NCBI RefSeq assembly: GCF_006345805.1 | Contig: NC_043020.1 | Coordinates: 9,920,001-9,984,000, forward strand | Origin: Octopus sinensis | Lineage: Eukaryota | Direction: 5' to 3' | Length of the DNA: 64,000 nucleotides | Shown: positions 39,132-51,391 of the stretch, piece by piece | Layout: each line of letters starts with the position of its first letter | Position numbering within the stretch: position 1 is the stretch's first letter | Position numbers and translations under genes: made by a program | Notes under the pieces: model-generated | Database searches by the model: none | What the model saw: the letters and a program-made list of their open reading frames with translations, nothing else | What the model was told of the DNA's origin: nothing

Positions 39132-39229
39132 GTAGTAATCATGATAAGAAAGTAGAAAACATCAGGTGCATGGTGAAGCTGTCAAGATAAAAGCACACAC
39201 AAACATTGCCCTGTGTCAGTTTATCATCA

Positions 39230-39650
39230 TCATCATTGTCCGACCGTGGTCGAGACAATGGAATATACTATGTTACACCAGACTTCACGGTCCATCATGG
39301 CATTACGGAGGTCCTGTTGCTGGATGCCCGTATCCCTGGAGATTACATCAGGGTAGGAGAGTGTGCGCACCCTCTGGTATCGCGAGCAGATGGCTTCCAG
39401 AGGAGAAGAGTAGAAATTACCTCGTTTTCAGCTCTACAACAATGTCCAGCAAACTGGACTCTTCTACCTTTCACAAGAGATGATACAGGTGGTAGTTTCC
39501 CATGTATTTGCATTTTGGTTGAATGACGCTTCCACGAGAGATTTTGAGCTCTCATAAGGAGGCGAGTGTAGGTTCCATCCAACCACCTCTCAAGCTTCTT
39601 TGATAACGTTCAGGTTTCTGAGCCATAGAGTAAAATTGGTTCTACTGTCA
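39230..39650 (-). mobile_element. 3' fragment of the same RTE family
   Basis: Reverse complement of about 36550-36965 with an (ATG)n tail. Confidence 0.85.
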
Positions 39651-40559
39651 GTTTATGAGAGACATGAGTTTACACAGAAACTCTAGTGATAACAAACTAA
39701 ATGAATCTGAGATTTTGAGCTCTCATAAGGAGGCGAGTGTAAGTTCCATCCAACCACTTCTCAAGCTTCTTTGATAACATCCAGGTTTCTGAGCCATAGA
39801 GTAGAATTGGTTCTACTGTCAGTTTATGAGAGACATGAGTTTACACAGAAACTCTAGTGATAACAAACTAAATGAATCTGAGATTTTGAGCTCTCATAAG
39901 GAGGCGAGTGTAAGTTCCATCCAACCACTTCTCAAGCTTCTTTGATAACATCCAGGTTTCTGAGCCATAGAGTAAAATTGGTTCTACTGTCAGTTTATGA
40001 GAGACATGAGTTTACACAGAAACTCTAGTGATAACAAACTAAATGAATCTGAGATTTCGAGCTCTCATAAGGAGGCGAGTGTAAGTTCCATCCAACCACT
40101 TCTCAAGCTTCTTTGATAACATCCAGGTTTCTGAGCCATAGAGTAAAATTGGTTCTACTGTCAGTTTATGAGAGACATGAGTTTACACAGAAACTCTAGT
40201 GATAACAAACTAAATGAATCTGAGATTTCGAGCTCTCATAAGGAGGCGAGTGTAAGTTCCATCCAACCACTTCTCAAGCTTCTTTGATAACATCCAGGTT
40301 TCTGAGCCATAGAGTAGAATTGGTTCTACTGTCAGTTTATGAGAGACATGAGTTTACACAGAAACTCTAGTGATAACAAACTAAATGAATCTGAGATTTT
40401 GAGCTCTCATAAGGAGGCAAGTGTAAGTTCCATCCAACCACCTCTCAAGCTTCTTTGATAACGTTCAGGTTTCTGAGCCATAGAGTAGAATTGGTTCTAC
40501 TGTCAGTTTATGAGAGACATGAGTTTACACAGAAACTCTAGTGATAACAAACTAAATGA
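39538..40559. repeat. Six-copy 171-bp tandem repeat derived from RTE RT sequence
   Basis: Marker ctctagtgat starts at 39681, 39852, 40023, 40194, 40365 and 40536. Confidence 0.95.
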
Positions 40560-40978
40560 AGCTGGACCTTTAGGGAAGGCCTGTCTTTCAGCAGTGGCTT
40601 GGGAAGGAAATGCACAAGCAAAGAGAACAGAGTAGAAAATGAACCCAAAGTAAGGGGTGACAGAATACGTATGTTAGCACTTTGGGTGAAATAACAGAGG
40701 AGAAACAAGTGGACAAGGCTAATGTTATTAAAAGAAAAAAGTAGGTAATGAAATTGGAGATAGATGAGAGCAAGAGAGAACTAAGATAGAAATAAAACAG
40801 CCAAATAGGCGCAGGAGTGGCTGTGTGGTAAGTAGCTTGCTAACCAACCACATGGTTCCGGGTTCAGTCCCACTGCATGGCATCTTGGGCAAGTGTCTTC
40901 TGCTATAGCCCCGGGCCGACCGATGCCTTGTGAGTGGATTTGGTAGACGGAAACTGAAAGAAACCTGTCGTATATATG

Positions 40979-41009
<31 letters not shown>

Positions 41010-41476
41010 TTGTGTGTCTGTGTTTGTCCCCCTAGCATTGCTTGACAACCGGGGCTGGTGTGTTTATGTCCCCGTCACTTAGCAGTTCGGCAAAAGAGAC
41101 CGATAGAATAAGTACTGGGCTTACAAAGAATAAGTCCCGGGGTTGATTTGCTCGACTAAAGGCGGTGCTCCAGCATGGCTGCAGTCAAATGACTGAAACA
41201 AGTAAAAGAGTAAAGAGTAAGAGTAACTATAAGTGATATTCAAGCCAAAGAAGAGCCTACAAGACAGATAATAAATAGCACCACTGATCAGGAAGGGAAA
41301 ACTGACACCAATGAATGAAATGAGGAAGATTAGAATTTGAATGAGTTGAAGGAAACAATGAATAAAGAAGAAAGAAAATGATTACCAGCATTAAAAAGTG
41401 CAAATAGAAGGAAGTTGCAAGATATTACTAGGAAAATCAATTCTGTTATTAGTAGGTTAGATAATATAAATTCTGT

Positions 41477-41860
41477 GGAGGCGCAATGGCCCAGTGGTTA
41501 GGGCAGTGGACTCGTGGTCATAGGATCGCGGTTTCGATTCCTAGACTGGGCGTTGTGAGTGTTTATTGAGCGAAAACACCTAAAAGCTCCACGAGGCTCC
41601 GGCAGGGGACGGTGGTGATCCCTGCTGTACTCTTTCACCACAACTTTCTCTCACTCTTACTTCCTGTTTCTGTTGTACCTGTACTTCAAAGGGTCGGCCT
41701 TGTCACTCTCTGCGTCACGCTGGATATCCCCGAGAACTACGTTAAGGGTACACGTGTCTGTGGAGTGCTCAGCCATTTACACGTTAATTTCACGAGCAGG
41801 CTGTTTCGTTGATTCGGATCAACTGGAACCCTCGTCGTCGTAACCGACGGAGTGCTTCCA
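41477..41860 (+). mobile_element. tRNA-derived SINE family 2 (representative copy)
   Basis: Head GGAGGCGCAATGGCCCAGTGGTTAGGGC with A/B-box-like motifs, 3' ...CGTAACCGACGGAGTGC. Copies near 8596, 10709, 35935-36298(-), 46985-47357(-), 48080-48390(-), 51837, 59887 and 63880. Confidence 0.8.
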
Positions 41861-42493
41861 AGATAATATAAAATATAGGTGACACTAACTTGGTGATTTA
41901 TGTTGGAGGGGTGGTAATTACTAGAAGAATAGGTATTCGTCAATAAAAAAAGAAATAGGAAGCTGCAAAAAGAGATTACTCTTTTACTTATTTCAGTCAT
42001 TTGACTGTGGCCATGCTGGAGCACCGCCTTTAGTCGAGCAAATCGACCCCAGGAATTATTCTTTGTAAGCCCAGTACTTATTCTATCAGTCTCTTTTGCT
42101 GAACCGCTAAGTTACAGGGACGTAAACACACCAGCATCGGTTGTCAAGCGATGCTAGGGGGACAAACACAGACACACAAACATATACACACACATACATC
42201 ATCATCATCATCATCATCGTTTAACGTCCGTTTTCCGCGCTAGCACGGGTTGGACGGTTTCGACCGGGGTCTGCGGAGCTAGGGACTGCCCCAGGCTCCA
42301 GTCTAGTCTGGCAGTGTTTCTACAGCTGGATTCCCTTCCTAACGCCAACCACTCCGCGAGTGTAGTGGGTGTTTTTTACGTGCCACCTGCACAGGTGCCA
42401 GAGGGGTCTGGCGTCGGCCACGTTCGGATGGTGCTTTTTATGTGGGGGGGGACCCAGTGGGGAGGGGTGCACAGGTGCCAGAGGGGTCTGGCA

Positions 42494-42555
<62 letters not shown>

Positions 42556-43164
42556 TACGACAGGCTTCTTTCAGTTTCCATCTACCAAATCCACTCACAA
42601 GGCTTTGTCGGCCCGAGGCTATAGCAGAAGACACTTGCCCAAGATGCCACGCAGTGGGACTGAACCCGGAACCATGTGGTTGGTTAGCAAGCTACTTACC
42701 ACACTGCCACTCCTGTGCCTCTCTTTTACTCTTTTACTTATTTCAGTCATTTGACTGTGGCCATACTAGAGCACCGCCTTTAGTCGAGCAAATCGACCCC
42801 AGGACTTATTCATTGTAAGCCTGGTACTTATTCTATCGGTCTCTTTTGCCGAACCGCTAAGTTACAGGGACGTAAGCACACCAGCATCGGTTGTCAAGCG
42901 ATGTTGCGGGGACAAACAAAGACACACAAACATATATACACATTAGAAAATAAAAGTGAAAACTTTAAGACAAGATCTGAGGAGAATAGAAACTTGAGAA
43001 CAGGCCAAGTCAGGAAACAAGATTTAAATCTTCTCTTGCGAATGAATACTTAGTTGAAGAGAAAGGAAGAACTGAAACAGCATCTCATAGTCATAACAAG
43101 TAAACTTCTCAGATATCAGAAAGGAATAGATCAGTATCAACAGAGCAGAGATTTTATAGGCAAA

Positions 43165-43549
43165 CTAGCAGTATCGCCCGGCGTTGCTCAGGTTTGTAAG
43201 GGAAATAACTATAAAGCATTTTTAGAGAGTTATAGCCAAAAAATAGCAAAAAAATGGAAAAACAATGATGGTAAATTTTTTTTTGAGAGTTAAAATGGTC
43301 GAGTTGCGTCCCCTAGACAGTCTGTGGTTTGTGTTTCTGATTCTCAACCCCATGTCGAATTTATCGATTTTTTTCAGAACTGGGGGAACTTTTCAAAATT
43401 TTCGCTGCGTTAGTTTTGAATTATGACATTGGGCTATGTGTGTGTCAAGTTTCATCAGAATCGGTTGAAAGCTGTGGTCAGGTTGAGGGTACAACCTGAC
43501 AGACACACAGACACACAGACAGACAAACTGCCGTTTATATAGAGAGAGA
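43165..43549 (-). mobile_element. Non-autonomous Helitron of the same family
   Basis: Reverse-strand 5' TC and 3' CTAG with the same hairpin and subterminal sequence. Confidence 0.7.
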
Positions 43550-43754
43550 TAGTGTAGAAGAAAGTGCTGAAGATGAGAAGCCTAATAGAGAAGAAACAAG
43601 CAAGTCCTAGAGTGATATTTGAGTTAAGATAGTCAATCATAATGAAGATGCAGTGTGGTTAAAGAAAGTGAGGGAAGAAGTTGTTAGTAAGAAGCAACCA
43701 GATCTAAAACTAACTTACTGGAAGGATCAGATTTAGTTCAAGGGTATTGGTTAA

Positions 43755-45116
43755 GGCGGCGAGCTGGCAGAAACGTCAGCACGCCGGGCGAAATGCTTAG
43801 CGGTATTTCGTCCGCATTACGTTGTGAGTTCAAATTCCGCCAAGGTCGACTTTGCCTTTCATCCTTTCGGGGGTCGATAAATTAAGTACCAGTTACGCAC
43901 TGGGGTCGATGTAATCGACTTAATACCTATGTCTGTCCTTGTTTGTCCCCTCTGTGTTTAGCCCCTTGTGGGTAATAAAGAAATAGGTATTTCGTCTGCG
44001 TTACGTTCTGAGTTCAAATTCCGCCGAGGACGACTTTGCCTTTCATCCTTTCGGGGGTCGATAAATTAAGTACCAGTTACGCACTGGGGTCGATGTAATC
44101 GACTTAATACCTATGTCTGTCCTTGTTTGTCCCCTCTGTGTTTAGCCCCTTGTGGGTAATAAAGAAATAGGTATTGGTTAAAAAAAATTTAGTATCATAC
44201 ACAGACTGTGGGAACAACTTCAGGATCACCATAATGGCAGAGTTGTACCTAGATGGAGAGAGCAGTACTTCTTATGAAAGACAAAAGCAAGGGCAATATA
44301 GCTAGTAACTCTAGACCAATCACTTACTTACCTATTTCTTTACTACCCACAAGGGGCTAAACACAGGGAGGACAAACAAAGACAGACAAATGGATTAAGT
44401 CGATTATATCGACCCCAGTGCATAACTGGTACTTAATTCATCAACCCCGATAAAGATGAAAGGCAAAGTCGACCTTGGCGGAATTTGAACTCAGAACGTA
44501 GCGGCAGACAAAATACCTATTTCTTTACTACTCACAAGGGGCTAAACATAGAGAGGACAAACAAGGACAGACAAATGGATTAAGTCGATTATATCGACCC
44601 CAGTGCGTAACTGGCACTTAATTTATCGACCCCGAAAGGATGAAAGGCAAAGTCGACCTCGGTGGAATTTGAACTCAGAACGTAGCGGCAGACAAAATAC
44701 CTATTTCTTTACTACCCACAAGAGGCTAAATACAGAGAGGACAAACAAAGACAGACAAACGGATTAAGTCGATTATATCAACCCCAGTGCATAACTGGTA
44801 CTTAATTTATTGACCCCGAAAGGATGAAAGGCAAAGTCGACCTCGGCGGAATTTGAACTCAGAACGTAGCGGCAGACAAAATACCTATTTCTTTACTACC
44901 CACATGGGGCTAAACACAGAGAGGACAAACAAGGACAGACAAACGGATTAAGTCGATTATATCGACCCCAGTGCGTAACTGGTACTTAATTCATCAACCC
45001 CGATAAAGATGAAAGGCAAAGTTGACCTTGGCGGAATTTGAACTCAGAACGTAGCGGCAGACGAAATACGGCTACGCATTTCACCAGTGTGCTAACGTTT
45101 CTACCAGCTCGCCGCC
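43755..45116. mobile_element. tRNA-derived SINE family 3 as tandem multimers: dimer (+, 43755-44175) and tetramer (-, 44331-45116)
   Basis: Head GGCGGCGAGCTGGCAG, body period about 184 bp. TSDs ggtattggttaa and accaatcactt. Related copies near 1-78, 5115, 37330, 48965 and 62420-62830. Confidence 0.85.
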
Positions 45117-48100
45117 ACACCAATCACTTGCCATTGGTGTGGAAGCGGTTAACAGAAATGCTCACAGGAAGCATTTATGGACACCTTGATAGCCAGAATT
45201 TACTTCCAGAAGAAAGGTTGCAGGAAGAAGGCCAGAGAAACACATGATCTATTACACATAAACAAAGCAGTCCTAAAAGAAGTGAAATATCATCATCATC
45301 ACCATCATTTAACGTCTGTTTTCCATGCTAGCATGGGTTTGACGATTTGACTGAGGTCTGGCGAACCAGACTCCAATCTTGATCTGGAAGAGTTTCTACA
45401 GCTGGATGTCCTTCCTAACGCCAACCACTCCAAGAGTGTAGTAGGTGCTTTTACGTGCCACCGGCACGAGGGCCAGTTTGGTGGTACTGGCAACGGCCAC
45501 ACTCAAATGGTGTTTTTTACATGTCACCCGCATGGACAGATTATCCTCGTGGATAAGTGAATGTCTAAGTATATTCAGTATTGTAGACAACATATGAGAA
45601 TTAATTAGCTATAATTAGGCGCAGGAGTGGCTGTGTGGTAAGTAGCTTGTTTACCAACCACATGGTTCCAGGTTCAGTCCCACTGCATGGCACATTGGGC
45701 AAGTGTCTTCTGCTATAGCCTCGGGCCGACCAAAGCCTTGTGAGTGGATTTGGTAGACGGAAACTGAAAAGAAGCCTGTTGTATATATGTATATATATAT
45801 ATATATATATGCGTGTATGTGTTTGTGTGTCTGTGTTTGTCCCCCTAGCATTGCTTGACAACCGATGCTGGTGTGTTTATGTCCCCGTTACTTAGCGGTT
45901 CGGCAAAAGAGACCGATAGAATAAGTACTGGGCTTACAAAAGAATAAGTCCCGGGGTCGAGTTGCTCAACTAAAGGCGGTGCTCCAGCATGGCCGCAGTC
46001 AAATGCCTGAAACAAGTAAAAGAGTAAAAGAGTAATAGCAAGAAGAAATCGAAAGGAGATCTCTATTCAAGTGATACAGCCTTATGGAAAGTTAACGTCA
46101 GGTCCAGAATTTTCTAGGGAGGCTTATTACCCCCTTTAATATTCGTATTGTTTAATCTCTGTCAGTTTAGTATAAGAAAGTCAAAGGCAGGGTATCAGTT
46201 TAGAGAAAATAAATGGAAAAATTGACTATTTACTCCACATGGATGATCTGAAGCTTTTTAGTAAGAAGAAAAAAAAAAGAGAGATTCCTTAGTACAAACC
46301 CTTCTTACAGACCCTTCAGCAAAGATATAAGAATGGAATTTGGCATATATAAGCTTTATTCTTTTTTTTATTCTTTTACTTGTTTTAGTCATTTGACTGC
46401 GGCCATGCTGGAGCACCGCCTTTAGTCGAGCAAATCGACCCCGGGACTTATTCTTTTGTAAGCCCAGTACTTATTCTATCAGTCTCTTTTGCCGAACCGC
46501 TAAGTGACGGGGACGTAAACACACCAGCATCGGTTGTCAAGCAATGCTAGGGGGACAAACACAAACACACAAACACACACACACACATATATATATATAT
46601 ACATATATACGACAGGCTTCTTTCAGTTTCCGTCTATCAAATCCACTCACAAGGCATTGGTCGGCCCAAGGCTATAGCAGAAGACACTTGCCCAAGGTGC
46701 CACGCAGTGGGAATGAACCCGGAACCATGTGGTTGGTTAGCAAGCTACTTACCACACAGCCACTCCTGCGCCTATGAATTGAAACCTCCACCTTACATTC
46801 ATTACTATTTACCAACACCTTTGCCCACAAGGCCACCAAGTGTGAAATATTAGTCATAAAAAAGGGACAGGTAGTCAGCAGTGAAGGCATTCAATTACCA
46901 GATGGCCAGACATTAAAATCGCTGAAAGAAGCAGAAAGTTATAAGTATCTAGAAGTATTAGAATCTGACTGAGTAGAGTAGTTAGGAGCACTCCGTCGGT
47001 TACGACGATGAGGGTTCCGGTTGATCCGAATCAACGGAACAGCCTGCTCGTGAAATTAACGTGTAAGCGGCTGAGCACTCCACAGACACGTGTACCCTTA
47101 ACGTAGTTCTCGGGGATATTCAGCATGACACAGAGAGTGACAAGGCCGACCCTTTGAAATACAGGTACAACAGAAACAGGAAGTAAGAGTGAGAGAAAGT
47201 TGTGGTGAAAGAGTACAGCAGGGATCACCACCATCCCCTGCCGGAGCCTCGTGGAGCTTTTAGGTGTTTTCGCTTAATAAACACTCACAACACCCGGTCT
47301 GGGAATCGAAACCGCGATCCTATGACCGCGAGTCCGCTGCCCTAACCACTGGGCCAGTAGGAGACTGTAGAATTAGTTAGAGTAGATATGGCCTCCTATG
47401 TAGGTAATAGGGAGAAAATTTTATCAAGAGCTGGTAGAGTAACAATAGGAGATAGGGAAACCAAAAAGTCAAATGAGGTTAAAAACTAAGAAAAAGAAGC
47501 AAGATTATTTGAATGACATGAGAAGGTTTTGCATGATAGACTCCCAAAGATAGCTGCAGGAAGTAGTAATAGTGAGAGATGATTGTGATTGCAGAAAGGA
47601 AGGCTGAAAAGGGAGACAGAAAAATTATTAGTAGCAGTACAAGATCAAGCATTGAGGACTAACTGGATAAAAGTCAAGATAACAAAAACCAGGTAGATTC
47701 CCAATGTAGGTGACATAGATCAAAGGAGGAAAGTGTTATTCATGTAGCTAGTGAATGTAGTATGCAGACAGAAAGAATACAAGAAAAAACATGATGACCT
47801 AGGAAGAATTATCCACTGGAAGTTATGTAGAAAGCTAGGATTTGACCATACTGAGAAGTGCTAAGAATTGTGAAGATTGTGACCTCCTTAGGTCATGAAT
47901 GACCATGGAATTGCACCTAGAAAGTTACCCTCCGAGGTGCAAGTCTGGGCAAGGTTGTTTATGGAAGACCAGCAGTCGCTCACGCATACCAGCCTCCCTT
48001 CTCCACGCCACCGATGTTATCCAAGGGAAAGGCAAAGGGGCCGATACAGCTTGGCACCAGTAACGTCACTGCTCATTTATTAACATGCTAGTGGCTGAGC

Positions 48101-49306
48101 ACTCCACAGACACGTGTACCCTTAACGTAGTTCTCGGGGAGATTCAGTGTGACACAGAGTGTGACAAGGCCAGCCCATTGAAATACAGGTACAGCAGAAA
48201 CAGGAAGAAAGGGTGAGAGAAAGTTGTGGTGAAAGAGTACAGTAGGGTTCACCACCACCCCCTGCCGGAGCCTCGTGAAGCTTTAGGTGTTTTCGCTCAA
48301 TAAGCACTCACAATGCCCGGTCTGGGAATCGAAACCGCGATCCTACAACTGCGAGTCTACTGCCCTAACCACTGGGCCATTGCGCGTCCACAGTGCTAAG
48401 AATATGAACCTAGTTATGTGCCAGAAAGTAAGAAATATAAGATGTGCGATTTTAACATTCAAACTGACAAAGTAATAGAAGCTAGAAGGCCTGGTTCAGC
48501 AGTAGTAATCAAAGAAAGCAGAAAGTACCAGGTAACTGATTTCACAGCCCCAAGTGATAAGAGGGTCAATATGAGAAGAATAGAGTAAATAGCAGAGTAA
48601 CAGGACCTAGCCATTGAGTTATAGGGACCATGGAAAGTACAGGTAAAATGTATCTCTAGCTAGAGGTGCATTAGGAACTATCCCTAAAAGTTCGAACAGG
48701 TAAATAGAGGAAATAGGCATAAAACCTAGTTTAGTGTAACCCCAGAAAAGAATGTTATTAGGGGCAGATAGGGTACTTAAGAAGGTTCTTGGCATCTAAG
48801 GTTACTTTTTTTGTAGCCTGATGTTAGGAGTTATTTTTTTCCAAGTCTAATCTGTTGTTTGTATATGAAATAATAATAAAAATGGTTTCAAATTTTGGTA
48901 CCGGGCCAGGAATTTTAATGGAAGGGTTAAGTCAATTACATCAATCCCAGTGTTCAACTGGTACTTATTTTTATTTCTTTATTGCCCACAAGGGGCTAAA
49001 CATAGAGGGGACAAACAAGGACATTAAGTCGATTACATCGACCCCAGTGCGTAACTGGTACTTAATTTATCGACCCTGAAAGGATGAAAGGCAAAGTCGA
49101 CCTCGGCGGAATTTGAACTCAGAACGTAACACCAGACGAAATATGGCTACGCATTTTGCCCAGCGTGCTAACGTTTCTGCCAGCTCGCCGCCCTTATTCT
49201 ACTGATTCTACAAAGGATGAAAGTCAAACCTGACCCCAGCGGTATTTGAATCTAGAATGTAAAGTATTTTGCCCAAAATGCCAATATGCCAGGTTGCCAC
49301 CACCAT

Positions 49307-49341
<35 letters not shown>

Positions 49342-49999
49342 GTGGTGGTGATTTCTTTTCTTGGCCACAAGGGCCTAAGACATGGGGGACAATATCGAGG
49401 GATAAGTTACAGCACAAAAAATTACAAAAAATGTAGGGTTAACATCAATCAAGGGGAGATGCTACCACGTTAAAGAATACATAATAGAAAGTAGGGAAAT
49501 AATAAATAAGAGTGGCTGTGTGGTAAGTAGCTTGTTTGCGCAGAGGCGGTACCATAGCCAATGAGGGTTATCTGAGGCGTGGTTATTGCTAGTTGAAAGT
49601 AGCTTGTTTACCAACCACGTGGTTCTGGGTTCAGTCCTACTGCGTGGCACCTTGGGCAAGTGTCTTCTACTATATCCTCGGGCCGACCAAAGCCTTATGA
49701 GTGGATTTGGTAGACGGAAACTGAAAGAAGCCCGTCGTATATATGTATATATATATGTGTGTCTGTGTTTATCCCCCTAGCATTGCTTGACAACCGATGC
49801 CGGTGTGTTTACGTCCCCGTCACTTAGCGGTTCGGCAAAAATAGACTGATAGAATAAGTACTGGGCTTACAAAGAATAAGTCCTGGGGTTGATTTGCTCG
49901 ACTAAAGGCGGTGCTCCAGCATGGCCGCAGTCAAATGACTGAAACAAGTAAAAGAGTAAAAGAGTAACTAAATAAATAAATAATTAGAATCCCCAATAG

Positions 50000-50384
50000 C
50001 AAGGCAGTCCACTTAGGGTAATCCGCAGTAAACCCCACACAAAAATCCCAGATTACTCTGCCATCCCCAAGGCATGGAAAGTGCCCTCTTCCAGTTTCTT
50101 CCCTCCTACTTAGAAAAGCATATTCAGAGTAGATCCTTTCAGCCTCACCAGTCCTGCTACTCTCTTTTACTCTTTTACTCTCTTTTACTTGTTTCAGTCA
50201 TTTGACTGCGGCCATGCTGGAGCACCGCCTTTAATCGAGCAACTCGACCCCGGGACTTATTCTTTTTGTAAGCCCAGTACTTATTCTATCGGTCTCTTTT
50301 TGCCGAATTGCTAAGTAATGGGGACGTAAACACACCAGCATCGGTTGTCAAGCAATGCTAGGGGGACAAACACAGACACAAACA

Positions 50385-50432
<48 letters not shown>

Positions 50433-50900
50433 TACGACGGGCTTCTTTCAGTTTCCGTCTACCAAATCCACTCACAAGGCTTTGGTCGGCCCGAGGCTAT
50501 AGCAGAAGACACTTTGCCCAAGATGCCACGCAGTGGGACTGAACCCAGAACCATGTGGTTGGTTAGCAAGCTACTTACCACACAGCCACTCCTGCGCCTG
50601 TCAACTACCTATTAATAAACACACTAGAAGGCAGCACCTCGATCTCGATTCTCACCTTCCTCTTCAAATAATATCAAAAGAAATTGATGAGAGCTTCATC
50701 AGATAGGAATGTGTCTGTCTTCAAACTGTTCAGACGGATCCACCACACAGCTTTTTTCGAAACAGCCACTAAGCAGAGAAAGATTTGCCTTCCTTCTCTG
50801 CTAAGTGAAGGTGGTGCATCGATCTTCACTATACACTTGGTAGACGGCTGAATTCGTCTTACACACAACAACTGTTCCACACAATCCCACAACTCTCTAA
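50000..50900 (-). mobile_element. Decayed L1/Tx1-like LINE 3' fragments
   Basis: Fragments ...CLVAVSKKAVWWIRL...LINFF.YYLKRKVRIE, interrupted by a SINE. Confidence 0.45.
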
Positions 50901-50902
50901 TG

Positions 50903-51391
50903 CAGTGGTTTTCAACCAGGGTTCCGCCAGTACAGTCCAGGGGTTCCACAAGAAGTTACAAAACTGCTAAAATAGCAGTAATTTTTAATTCTCCTGTACA
51001 GATATGTGTGCATAAGACTATTAAATTATTGCACAGGGGTTCCTCGAGCCAGTGGAATGTTTCCTTGGGGTTCCGCTCCAGCAAAAAGGTTGAAAAGCAC
51101 TGACATAGACAAACAGACACACATTCTAATATCTAAATCAATGCAAAGACATGCAGACACACACATTAATACAGTGGTTTTCAAACAGGGTTCCGCAGAA
51201 CCTTAGGGTTCCACCAGCACAGTCCAGGGGTTCCGCAAGAAGTTACAAAACTGCTAAAATCAGCAGTAATTTTTAATTCTCCTGTGCAGATATGTGTGTA
51301 TAAGACTATTAAATTATTGCACAGGGGTTCCTCGAGCCAGTGGAATGTTTCCCTGGGGTTCCGCTCCAGCAAAAAGTTTGAAAAAGCACTG
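50903..51391. mobile_element. Dimeric hAT-type MITE with a single outer 8-bp TSD
   Basis: Units 50903-51102 and 51172-51391 each run CAGTGGTTTTCAA...TTGAAAA(A)GCACTG. CTCTAATG flanks the pair (50895-50902 and 51392-51399). Confidence 0.8.

Larger units (their letters stand above)
41221..48850 (+). mobile_element. Long decayed R4/Dong-like (RLE) non-LTR retrotransposon, broken up by SINEs and a Helitron
   Basis: Ordered fragments VLLMKDKSKGNIASN.RPIT, LLHMDDLKLFSK, ESYKYL, a Cys/His knuckle-like segment, HDDLGRIIHWKLC, DFNIQTDKVIEARRP and ALGTIPKS. Confidence 0.7.

Noticed and set aside
39538-40559. CRISPR-like or regularly spaced array
   Set aside because: The units are wholly repeated with no unique spacers, the context is eukaryotic, and the sequence is LINE-derived.
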